Shown here piece by piece: positions 1 to 11,132 of a stretch of 64,000 nucleotides of DNA. Both the position numbers and the translations under genes were made by a program. Position 1 is the stretch's first letter, and every line of letters starts with the position of its first letter. Origin of the DNA: Lingula anatina (Eukaryota; Animalia; Brachiopoda); assembly GCA_051362555.1 (NCBI GenBank), contig CM120646.1, positions 15,748,001-15,812,000 of the forward strand. Direction: 5' to 3'. Under the pieces are notes generated by a model that made no database searches, was not told where the DNA came from, and saw nothing but the letters and a program-made list of their open reading frames with translations.

Positions 1-214
1 TATCAAAATCAGGTAGCTTCCAAAAAAGAATATGTCAAGGGTTTAATCATTTTCAAGGTGTATGTAAGATTTTATAAGAAGCTGTGGATGGCAATAATAA
101 GCATTTAGGGGATTTTCAAACCCATGGAGTGTACCTTTAATTGTTATACAGAGGAAAATTTCCCCAAATCAGGAGACTCCAGACAAAATTAGGAGAGCTG
201 ACAGGTTCACCTAC

Positions 215-673
215 CTATTGCTAAAGGGTGTTCCTACATTGATAACTTCCCTCTCACGCTTCAGCACCGTAGTGTTCTTGGCTTTCCTCAGATCTTCTAG
301 TCTCTTCTTTAAACTGCTCACCTCTGTCTCAAGCTAGAATGATGTCAGAAATTACAATAAAAATACTAGGAAATATCTGGTAACAATGAAATATCAATAT
401 GTTAACCAGGTAAACAAATTTGATGAATGACTGCTGAAATACAAGTTAACTGTATATTAGATGGAGGGCACTTTGTTTTAATCAAGTAATAAACAAAGCA
501 GAATCATTTTAGCACTTATAAACTGAGTATAATTTATTAAAGTATACAGGTATAGCATTCTTAAAAAATAAATCAGAAAAAAAACAGAAGCATACTTCTT
601 TAACTCTGGTCCTCAAAATGGCAGCTTCTGTCCTGCTATCTGCAGTAGAATCTCTTCTTCCCTTACTTGCCAT
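215..673 (-). CDS. 5' coding exons of an unidentified coiled-coil protein gene (continues beyond the left edge of the window)
   Basis: Exon 673-596 (MASKGRRDSTADSRTEAAILRTRVKE, GTATGC donor) splices in phase 0 to exon 333-215 (LETEVSSLKKRLEDLRKAKNTTVLKREREVINVGTPFSNR, TAG acceptor, GTAGGT donor). Heptad-like pattern; family not recognised. Confidence 0.7.
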
Positions 674-2572
674 TATCACAACCGGTACTACTCCTTCTAA
701 AACAATACAAAAAGACTTGTAGAATATATATATTGGTCTCATGTGCTATATTTTTGTATCTTGGGAGGGGAGAGAGCAGTGTTAAGCCAAGAAGCATGTA
801 TTATACAGTAGGTCCCTGCCACTGTGTACACAACTGTTCTATGTGCCACAAATGAACAATTGCAAAACAGATTAAATTGGGCATCTCACATTATAATTAT
901 TATGCCAATAATTCATTTAAAAAAAATGACAAAGATATAATGATGATTTAAGATGAAATTACATGCACTAGTATTATCTAACAGTTAAGAAATGCATGGC
1001 TTTTGTACCCATTTAATCAGACAATTTATTGTTATAATGTTATAAAAAATACATACACTGTATGTACCACTATATGCTTCTGTGGACTTTGTATGGGTTT
1101 GTGTGCCAGTATCACTTGCACAAATCGATAATTTCAACATTTACCTCCTTAAGGGTAAAGAATAGACAGATCTCTGCGCAAGTGTTCAACTAGGCTAATT
1201 AGAAAGTGCACTATCATCCCCCACAAGTATTCAACTAATGACTTGGGTAAATAGGATTATTACAACTTACAAGGGACATTAAAGCAAAGTTTGGGGACTC
1301 TGGTGTGTTGCACGGTTGCTGTGTTTTAAATTCACTTACATTTGGCTTCCCAACTGTTTCCAACATTTGTGTAGGTACAAACATGGCACTAAATCTTACT
1401 GAGGTACAGTCATTTAAGATCATGAGACAGACTCGATCACACTCCTTTCACTGCTGCAGGTGTCTGATGAGACTGCCACCTAGTGGAGATTATATAAATT
1501 GTTTACACTAACAACGTCGCAGCAGCGCACAGGTCACTGCGCAAAGAGATTCTGCTTCCGCTGAACTCTGACCTTCGACCCACAGATTCAGATGACCGGG
1601 TGTATGGAAAATTGTCGACACAAAGCGGCTTGATATTAGAAATATTTTTCGCAATTGTTGACATATTTAAGGTGAGTAAGAGCAGGGTCGAAATTTAACC
1701 TCTCCCCCCCATGTATACTTCTCAGCATACTCAACAGGGAAGGAAATTTTCACTCTTGAAAAGGGGAAATTTAAACGTCGGCCATATTGGATCCGCTAGA
1801 GGAGGGGACAGAAACATTAGCTATTTAAATCTAGAAACATCCCTGCTCTAGGTTTCTTTAAACCGCAAGACATTGGTGAGTTTCAAAACTAAATATGTAT
1901 TCAGTATAAAAAGCGTTATATTTTCCCCAAAGAAGATGGATTTGGGCCTCCATTTGTAGCATAAATATCGCGAAGTTTAACCACTTCCTGTGGCGATAGA
2001 GCTAAGACAAAGGGAAAGTGCAACGCAACAAATGTGATGTAGGCTACTTACTATAATTAAAATAGATAGTTCAATGCCTTATTTGCATTGAGGCGGCCAT
2101 TTTTAAATGCGCAGCCTCTTAATTTGCTAGTGACTTAAATCAAGGAGCACAGAACTTTGGATAGTTTACATCCAGATGCTTAACTACAAAATACTTGCAG
2201 TTAATATTTTAACAATTTCAAAATCATTCGCATAACATTTCAAGTTTATAGACTTAAGTGAGTCGATCATTATTTAAAGTAAAGTAAGTTAAATGGTGAT
2301 TTATCTTTGTAACATGTTATCCCTTTACAGTGTCATACCCATGTTGTTTTGTTACCAAGGCTTTCACCAGATGGCTGTCCAGATGTCATTTGGGTAGCAA
2401 TTAGACTCAGAAGCTGGCCTGTATTTCCAAAGACGGCTGGACGGCTTCCAAAATTTTTGGGTTGGTTGGGCTTGCTTGGGTTGGACTCCCTGTTAATCGT
2501 TGACTAAATTACACGTAAATATTTTGGACTCTCTGTATCCCAAATCCTGGGGAATCCCTGTTTGTTACCAAG

Positions 2573-2652
2573 TTGCCTATGATTATAACTGGTATTGCTG
2601 TTCACATTCTGAGTTGTCTATGCTGATCACATACCCCGCTAATATGAGGCAA
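2573..2652 (+). ncRNA. Intronic box C/D snoRNA, 28S Um2402-equivalent guide family, copy 1
   Basis: Terminal stem TTGCCT/AGGCAA, box C ATGATTA (2579), D' CTGA (2609), C' ATGCTGA (2620), D ATGA (2644). The D' guide TGCTGTTCACAT is complementary to 28S AUGUGAACAGCA. Paralogues at 5115 and 8043. Confidence 0.85.
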
Positions 2653-2791
2653 AGAGGTAACACATGCTGTACATTTTTATGCAAACCCAATATATCTTAA
2701 CTTTTGGAATAAAAAATTTTATATTGCTAAATTTAAAAACACTATTTATTTTTCAATTTTTTTTCATCATTTTCAGGCAACCCTGTTGTGT

Positions 2792-2851
2792 ATGCAAGTG
2801 TGGTGGAATACGTCCCTTTCCAGTGTAAGAAGAGAGATTTGCAACAACTAA
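2792..2851 (+). other. Upstream ORF (19 aa, MQVWWNTSLSSVRREICNN) in the DDX6 5' UTR
   Basis: ATG at 2792 to TAA at 2849-2851, inside the exon that begins at 2777 and upstream of the DDX6 ATG at 2989. Confidence 0.45.
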
Positions 2852-2988
2852 ACCATCGTCATCATTGAAAAGACTCATTTCATCAGCTTGTACAGATCTT
2901 AGTCATACGTCATCTTCATTTCACTCATTACTCATCGTTATTATCATATATACAATTCACCCAGCCACAGGCGCCCTCTACAGTTGAG

Positions 2989-5900
2989 ATGGCGGCTCAG
3001 GTGGAACAGAATTCGACCAACCACGTGGCCCAGAATAAAGTAGGGGCGGGAGAGAAGATCACTATGGGGTGTGTATCATGACTGTCAGCAAATAATGTAG
3101 ATCCTTCCTGTGTGTAGCCTGTGTGAATATGTCATGCATTTACATAAAACGTGGTAAATTTTTATCAACAGTGTTGCAGTTGAGGGGATAATGTAAGATT
3201 AGTAGAAGAAATTGTTTGATTCTCATTTGAAATCCTGCCCAAAGGTGTTAGGTTACAAATTATTATAGGCAACTAGTGAAAATGTGGTTCATTTTCAAGG
3301 TATCGTGTAAAAGTCATTTTGTACTGCGTATGTATATGGAAAGCATCATGAGTTTGATTTTCTTATTTTTATTGAGCATATTTTCTCTTTGTTATAGGGA
3401 GTCTGTTACAGAATGGAAAAAACAGCTTCACCTCCCCCCAAAAGACAAGAGAGTCAAAACTACAGTGAGTAGAAATTATTTTCTTTATATGATTTCTCCA
3501 CCACAAACTATTGCTGTTGAAGCGCCCCAGTGTCATAATGATGAAACCTTATGTCCAGTTCTGCTGCTGAAAGGCAATGATGGATGACCTTGACACCTGA
3601 ATGACACAGATCTCACTTGGGGTGTGATTACATCTAGACTAACTTAGATTGGTGATTGGTCTAACTAACGTTTCTAGACAAATAGGCTATGTGTGTGTGT
3701 GTGTGTGTGTGTCTTACACTCAGATAATTTGTGAAAAGCATATGGTAAAAACAGCGGAACTGCACCTGGCTTTGAGGAAGATCTTAATTGTAAAAAAAAA
3801 ATGATTGCATTGTTTTTTATTTCCCTAGTCATGCCTTAAATGACAATTCTGTCATGTTTGAGATATTTTAATATATCGTTGAGGAGGAAAAAGTGGGTCA
3901 ACAGGTTTTGTATCTGATACATAGTGTTTTATGTTGAAATGAATATTTATGTGATACGTTAATTTGATCATGTATTACTATTATTATTTTTATTATATTT
4001 TAGGATGTGACAAATACAAAAGGCAATGAATTTGAGGACTTCTGCCTTAAACGAGATCTCTTGATGGGTATATATGAGAAAGGCTGGGAGACGCCCTCCC
4101 CCATCCAGGAAGCTAGCATCCCCATCGCATTGACAGGTAGCATACACACTCATATTGCATATTTCTGAATATTTTTAAATATCTTAATTTTCAATTAAAG
4201 CCACAATGTGTTGATATATGAAATGAAATATACCCTAGTAGAAATTTGTGAACTGTTTTGGGTTTAAATGAAACCTTTTATACCTGTAGTCTGCCAGAGA
4301 AGGTCTCTTTTGTATGCTGGATGATTGCAGCTTTATTGATTTATCTTTGATTTTAGGTCGAGATGTGCTAGCACGTGCCAAAAATGGAACCGGTAAAACT
4401 GGGGCCTATGCCATTCCAATCATAGAAAGAGTAGACCCTAATAAGAATGAAATTCAAGGTAAGATATTGTTTTGGATATTGGATAGTGAAATTAATAAAG
4501 AGGAAATTTTTATAAAGAATGATAAAAATAATTGAATCAGATAAAATGTTTACATAAATTTGTTAAAAATTAATCAGGTGGAAATAGATGGAAGACACAA
4601 AATATTCTTCAACTCTGCATAAGAAATCCTCAGTACCTTGATGCATCCTCTTGTGTGTGTTGATTTAAAAAGTGAAAATTTTCAAGAGCAAGGAAGGAAA
4701 CGTGCAATATTGACTAAGTGTTTTTCTCTGCCATCTCAATTTAAACACTTGACAAGTTTTTATTGTCTTTCCTTCCAGCCATGATCATTGTACCTACGAG
4801 GGAGCTGGCTTTACAGACTAGTCAAATATGCATAGAGTTGTCCAAGCACATAGGCTGCAAGTGTATGGTGACCACAGGGGGCACCAACCTACAGGATGAT
4901 ATTATGAGGCTTTATGAACCTGGTGAGTTCGTTGAAGACAGGCCATGGGTGTTTTGTGTCATACGTCATGGTTGTGTGAATGTTTTGTTAAATATATCAA
5001 ATTTGAAAGCTATATTATATTTCTGTAGATGTTCTTTTGGATATAGAAAAAGAAAGGCATAGATATCCCTTGACATGTAGAAATATTAGGGGTGAAGTCT
5101 GGGTGATGGTGATATTGCCTGTGGTTGTAACTGGTATTGCTGTTCACATTCTGAGTTGCCTATGCTGATCACATACCTGGCTAATTTGAGGTGTTGTGCT
5201 GGCAACTCCACCTGTCTGATAAATAGTTGCTTTTGCATTTCCGTGATCTCCCTGGTTTTATTAGGAACGTACTTGTCTAGGATGTTTGGTATGTGCAATT
5301 TGCAGTGATGGGTCATATTTATGATGTAATAATTATGCCAGAATTTTTTTTTCCTGAAAGAAATTGACATGTTTGTTGTTGATTCCAGTCCACATTGTCA
5401 TAGCAACCCCTGGTAGAGTGTTAGATCTGATGAACAAAAATATTGTCAAAGCCAGCAAGTGTGGAATATTAGTATTGGACGAGGTATGTCTTTTCTTGTG
5501 CTGTTTTATGTTTTTTAATGATGTACTGCATAGATAGATGATAACTTGGAAACTAGTGTCATAATGATGAAACCTTATGTCCAGTTCTGCTGCTGATGAG
5601 CGATGATGGATAATTTTGACACCTGAATGACACCATTTTTTCTTAAATGAAATATCTCAAGCACACCATTGGCCATATTGAACAAAGGTAATTCTAAAGA
5701 TTGTGTATGTGGTATTTGTAATACCAACCAAAGGAATAATGCCTATTTTGTGTTTAATAAGTATGCTTCTTGCACCCAAATTCCCTTGAGTGAATATACT
5801 GCCATTATAGAAGATTGTGTTGTGTGTAATTTCAGGCAGACAAGCTGCTGTCCCAGGACTTCAAGGGTATGCTGGACAGCATCATTCACCACTTACCAAA

Positions 5901-8437
5901 TGACAGGCAGATCTTACTTTATTCTGCCACTTTCCCAGTGACTGTGGAAGCATTTATGGTGAGTCTATCCTGCAATATGCAGTCTGTGGATGTTGGGCTT
6001 AACTTGGACTGCTAAAGTGAGATTGCCTTAGTCAGTTGATGTTATATTAGTCTAAAAACATTTAAATAACAGTAAATCAATGGTGAGGTGTTTTATTATG
6101 AGTTTTAGTACTGTACTCCTAGTTTTGATGATGATTTTAGCTAAATAAAAATAAAAATTTGGTAAAAATTGAAATAAAATAGATAAATAACAAGATCAAT
6201 AAAAAATACAATTATGCAGGAAGATGAAAGTGTCAAGCAATCAAACTATTTTGCTCAAAGGGTTTCATGTTAAAACCCCTTATGACATGAAAGAGACGGA
6301 AAATTTCAAAGCACAATTGTGTTTTTTCCATTTTACAGAAGAAGCACTTGAACAGCCCTTATGAGATCAACTTGATGGACGAACTGACCCTGAAAGGAGT
6401 GACACAGTATTATGCATTTGTACAGGAAAGGCAGAAAGTCCATTGCCTGAACACACTCTTTTCTAAGGTGAGACTACAGTGATTGAACCACACAAACTTA
6501 TTAGTCTGAAAAAAGAATGATATTTTAAAATTATATTTATTAAAGTGCAAATGAGTGGCATATTTGGTACTATGGCTGTCTGTTCCTTGCTGGTGAAAAG
6601 CTATGTGAGGATTGTGAAAGAACTTCGCCTGTGTCAACATGTAATTCTGATCACTGTCGGTTTGTTTCCTGCAGACAGAATAGGAAGAATTGGGAACAGT
6701 TCACTGCTATGATGAACACTGTCTACTGCAAGCACTGAGGCTACTAAAGTGCCAGAGCTAGAAATGGCTGAACCCACTGGCATGGCTTAAGTGTAAAGAG
6801 CAATATAGGCCATTATGGCTGTCTGAGCAGAACAAGGAATGCTATTAATTGTTTATCTATTTATGTACTAATCATGATTAACATTTTGACTGAGCCAAGA
6901 TAGGGAATACCACTTGCTATTTATTTACAGTATGACAACAGTTTTTATGTGTGAAAAAGAAAAAAAATTCTCCACAGCCACTTACATGGACCATTGCAAG
7001 GGAAAACAATCTCCATGATGACAGCTCTCACCAACAACTGTATCATGTGTTCTCTTTTGTGTTTTCAGCTACAAATCAACCAGAGTATAATATTCTGCAA
7101 CTCGACGCAGCGTGTAGAGCTTCTGGCCAAGAAAATCACTGAGCTCGGCTACTCCTGTTTCTATATTCATGCCAGGATGAACCAGCAGCACAGAAACAGG
7201 GTGTTCCATGACTTCAGGGCTGGACACTGCAGGCATCTGGTCTGTTCTGGTGAGTTTTAATAGATTTGGAGATCAGTGGCCGTGTTTGTGTGCTTTGGTT
7301 GGTGTTCATGTACATGTCATCGTGTGTGCTTGTATGTTTGGACAGAAAGTCGGAAACCAAATAGCTCTTAGGAATTGTTGAAGTAGTGGTATAGAATATA
7401 CAGATCTTTCTTTAGGACTCCCTCTCAGTTTGTGTCTAGATAACCTAACCTTAATATCTGTTTCGAAGTAGCTGCTCACTGCAATGATGAACTCTATCTA
7501 TTGCAAGCACTGAGGCTGCTATAGTGCCAGAGCTAGAAATGGCTGAACCCACTGGCATGGCTTAAGTGTAAAGAGCAATATAGGCCATTAAGGCTGTCTG
7601 AGCAGTAGAAAGCAAGGTTAATGTGAAACTTGGTAATTTCTTTTATGTGGATTATTTTTCCCATGGGTTAGTTTCGAAAGAAGTTCCTATTGAAATATGT
7701 TTTCTAATGAGTTTTTGTGTGTGTGTGTGTGGGGGGGGGGGGGGCTTACCTATATATTTGATTTAAGATGATTGCAAATGTAGAAATTTTGATTTTGAAA
7801 TGTTATAATTCTCCATTTCCACAGACTTGTTCACCAGAGGTATTGACATTCAAGCCGTAAACTGTGTCATCAACTTTGACTTCCCCAAGCACGCAGAGAC
7901 ATACCTGCATCGTATTGGCAGGTCTGGAAGATACGGCCATCTTGGCATCGCTATCAATCTTATAACTTACGAAGACAGGTAAGGAGTGTTTGTGCCTCTT
8001 TTAATATAACTTAATAATCTTTGATATAACTAATAATTTGATCTTGCCTATGATTAAAACTGGTATTGCTGTTCACATTCTGAGGTGTCTATGCTGATCA
8101 CATACCCCGCTAATATGAGGCAAGTTTTGAAGGGTTTTTTGTTCGGGAGAGTTCTGAAATCAAGTGAATGGCAGTAATACATATGAAAAGAGACGGCTAT
8201 GCTCAAGGTTCAATTAGTCCTAAATAATGCTGAACATAACATATACATAACTATTATCTGTTTAACATTGCTTTGTTGAACCATTCCAGATTCGCCCTTC
8301 ATAAGATAGAACAGGAGCTGGGCACTGAAATCAAACCTATCCCCAAGGTGATTGACAAGGCTTTGTACGTGGCCGAGTATGGCAGTGAACCTGATCCTGA
8401 CAATGAGGAGGAGCTGAAGAAGAAAGAGACCAAATAA
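2989..8437 (+). CDS. DDX6: DEAD-box RNA helicase DDX6 (Me31B/Dhh1 orthologue), 11 coding exons
   Basis: Exons ~2989-3068, 3398-3464, 4004-4136, 4357-4458, 4779-4922, 5389-5484, 5836-5958, 6339-6467, 7069-7249, 7824-7978, 8290-8437. Motifs: [24 protein letters not shown]|AD across an intron, [43 protein letters not shown]; TAA at 8435-8437. Confidence 0.97.
3530..3607 (+). ncRNA. SNORD38: Intronic box C/D snoRNA, SNORD38 (U38)-like, copy 1
   Basis: Perfect 7-bp terminal stem GTGTCAT/ATGACAC, box C ATGATGA (3538), guide GTCCAGTTCTGCT before D' CTGA (3567), C' ATGATGG, D CTGA (3597). The guide matches recalled vertebrate U38 and pairs with 28S AGCAGAACUGG; the D'+5 rule gives the A equivalent to human Am1858. 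Confidence 0.88.
5115..5193 (+). pseudogene. Degenerating copy 2 of the 28S Um2402-equivalent guide snoRNA
   Basis: Core CTGGTATTGCTGTTCACATTCTGAG..TATGCTGATCACATACC is shared with the 2573 and 8043 copies, but box C reads GTGGTTG, box D reads TTGA and the 3' stem arm is eroded. Confidence 0.65.
5556..5633 (+). ncRNA. SNORD38: Intronic box C/D snoRNA, SNORD38 (U38)-like, copy 2
   Basis: Same stem, boxes and D' guide as 3530-3607; differs mainly between D' and D. Confidence 0.88.
6704..6830 (+). ncRNA. SNORD22: U22/SNORD22-like box C/D snoRNA, copy 1
   Basis: 127 nt; stem CTGC/GCAG, box C ATGATGA (6709), box D CTGA (6823). Central GTGCCAGAGC..TGAACCCACTGGCATGGCT resembles recalled human U22 GTCCCAGAGCC..GGTGAACCCACTGGGACTGGCT. 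A small hairpin precedes the U22-type CTGTCTGAG end. Confidence 0.82.
7478..7606 (+). ncRNA. SNORD22: U22/SNORD22-like box C/D snoRNA, copy 2
   Basis: Near-identical paralogue of 6704-6830 in the next intron; stem ACTGC/GCAGT, box C at 7484, box D at 7598. Flanking intron sequence is not conserved between the copies. Confidence 0.82.
8043..8124 (+). ncRNA. Intronic box C/D snoRNA, 28S Um2402-equivalent guide family, copy 3
   Basis: Stem CTTGCCT/AGGCAAG, box C ATGATTA, D' CTGA, C' ATGCTGA, D ATGA; near-identical to 2573-2652. Confidence 0.85.
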
Positions 8438-11087
8438 ACCACTCAGGGAAACAACCATTGCGTTGGGTGAGACACAGGAGCTGTCTCATCTAGCGCAATA
8501 TTGTCAGCTGTGTGTGACTTGACTTGCCAGTATTTCATTAATAATAAAAGACAACACAGGATATTCAAGTGTCCTTGGATTGGTAGGGTGTTACTCATTG
8601 ACAAATACACTTTGCGTGAGTCTGGATGTGTTTTCATGCCATGATCTTCCTCTGCTACACTTTTTTTTTTGACCTGGTTTCAATACATGATGAGTTCACA
8701 AGTGCACTTTAAGTTGTCAAGCCAAGATGAGGATGACGGGAACCTGTAAAAGTTCATGATTTGATATTTGCTGAAGGAACAAGTGAGATTTTAAGTTTTT
8801 TCTACAGAGACGTTCTTTGAAACTTACACATTTAAGAAATCAAAAAGAACAAGATAAAAGATTCGTTACTTAGCGGTGGTTAGTCAACATTACACTTGTG
8901 TCCCTTATTTTATATTTTTGACTTGAGTTTTAAGAATAATTTGCAGTGTGGCAGTTTGAAAGGAACTTGGCACATAGTGATGGAAGTTTTAGTTGATGAA
9001 AAGGAAAGTACATTCAGTGTGTGGTCAAAAGTTTAAAAGATGTCTGGTTTATAAAGTGCCCTATCCAGGTATAATGTGGACAGAACCAGTTGGAGATAAT
9101 GAATTTCAAGAAGAGAAAAAGAATCTAGACTGAAGAATTAAACATTTTCCAGATATCTGTTGCAAAGAACTCTTTAAAAATTGTGTCCGAGTCTTTGCCA
9201 GGCCAGGCTGAAGGAAGGGATTGTTACAAGTGAAAATTCTAGGAACAAGGAAGGCATTGATGCTGCAATTCCAAGCTATAGGAAAGGAAAAAAGTGCAGC
9301 AGACAGTCTCAAACCATGAAAGTGATGTTTGCACAATTCCCATTCAACCTCAGGACCCACTAAACACATCATTCAAGGGAAAGCATGAGATTAAGTTCAT
9401 TGTAACCTAGCCGTTAACTGGGGAAAATGCGAAATATATAAAGAAAGGCAGCAAAGGTCAGTGTAATAACTGAGCACTAAAAAGAAACATTTTTGAGATG
9501 CAAGTTGAAAAGAAAAGGAATCAACTAGAAAATGAAAATGAAATAGAATGTGAAAAATGCACTTTGATGAAAAGAAAATGTTTATTCAAGAAAAAAAAAT
9601 TAGCAAAAGGAGTTGGATGAAAGTACTGTCTGGAAGTTAACTGTCAAGGAAGTACTGGCAGCTTCTGAACATTCCTATGGGCAGGACACAAACTATTCTA
9701 GTATTTATTAAAGCCCACTGGCAGATCAAGTTGCACATGGCTGATAGATGTGTATTTTTTTGCTATCGATTCCATTGTACATAGTGTCAGCACTGCTCTG
9801 CACATCTGGATGCGGAGTGCTTTCAGAATTGGAAAGTACTCAACTGAAAGCTCAGCATCCCACACCCTCTACCTGCCCAGCGTGGTAGGTGAGAAAAGGA
9901 GAAAAGAATTCAGAACTTCAACATTATCCATTTATGCATGCAATTCTGAATGATGGTCCAGATATTGGGGTTGGATTTTTTTTTTTTTTTTTTTTTTTGG
10001 TGGGAGGGGGGTATTCTAATGATTGCTTACAATGAGTTGGCAAATTTCCTGTGGTACACCTGGTAATGAAACTGTGCTGTTTTAAGCCCAGTGCTGTTTG
10101 GCTCGTGTTGGTCCAATGCTAGAAGAAAGCCAGTCACTCCCATTTTATGATGAAATAGATACAAGTAGGTCTAGCTGTGCAGAGATCTTGGAAACTTCAT
10201 GGTTTGGGTCTTGTGCATTAGTGCCATTGGAGTTAGGTTACTTAGATGCTGTTGAAATAGAGAGGGCTTAAGAATAGAACAATTTTGACAAATTGCATAT
10301 CATTGCTTTACTCAATTTTTTCTATCCAAAACTGCTTTGAGAACATTGCACTGGTCTTGAAGAAATTATTTGGTAATGTGATAATGGTTAGGCTCTGCAA
10401 ACTGCAACATTCGTCCTTTTAAAGGTCACCATCCTGACAGTCAAACAGTAGTACATGAAACTTTTTATTATTATTATTATTTATTATATTTTTCAAAAAC
10501 ATTTTTGGAATTCATGGCTTTGACAAAATGAGGAGCATTCGCTTAAATAGTGGTTTCAGCTCTTTGTGAAAACACTTGGCATTTGAATCATATTCTTTGC
10601 AGTCTGCTGAAATTCTGAGACATTTTTGAGCAAAATTTTGAATCGTCACTCATAAGATCTCGAAATGAAATCAAATGTATATTCTAAATGTTGAATAGCT
10701 GGACCTTCTTCTCCCTTTTATACTTAATGTCTCAGATGCTTTCAGTATGTTGGTTTGGTGGACTTTTTAAGTTGTGTAGTTTATTCGCTAACTGGACCCA
10801 GTTGTAGCCCAAGGTGGTGTTTTCAATCCTAAATAGCTGTTTATATGCACAATGATGAGTACTGTTATACTTGCTTTCTGTAGCAGGAACCAAGAAATGT
10901 ATTAAGATGAATTTGTTGGTTGTACTCGCGTGTTATCGAGCTAGGACAACAGATCTATATAAATTGAACCGTTTATCAGATGCACACTTAAAATTATTTC
11001 ATAGTCAAAATGGAGACGTTGTATATTATATATAATGGAGAATTACAAATGCTTGTACAGAACTCCAAGCAGAAGTCTATTTCTATT

Positions 11088-11132
<45 letters not shown>

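Larger units (their letters stand above)
1560..2988 (+). other. DDX6: DDX6 5' untranslated exons and first intron
   Basis: Strong donor AAG|GTGAGT at 1671/1672 (possible second donor near 1876); acceptor TTTCAG| at 2776; YY1-like GCCATNTT motifs near 1781 and 2096. The TSS position is only estimated. Confidence 0.5.

Noticed and set aside
3584-3600. Second (D-box) guide in the SNORD38-like copies
   Set aside because: Only TTGACAC is shared between the two copies, too short to assign a target.
5979-6090. Two hairpins in a DDX6 intron as a possible H/ACA snoRNA
   Set aside because: Stems exist (GCAGTCT/GGACTGC), but there is no properly placed ANANNA hinge or terminal ACA and no paralogous copy.
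6575-6700. Possible additional C/D snoRNA upstream of the first U22-like copy
   Set aside because: GTGAGGA and CTGA are only ~40 nt apart, with no recognisable guide and no second copy.
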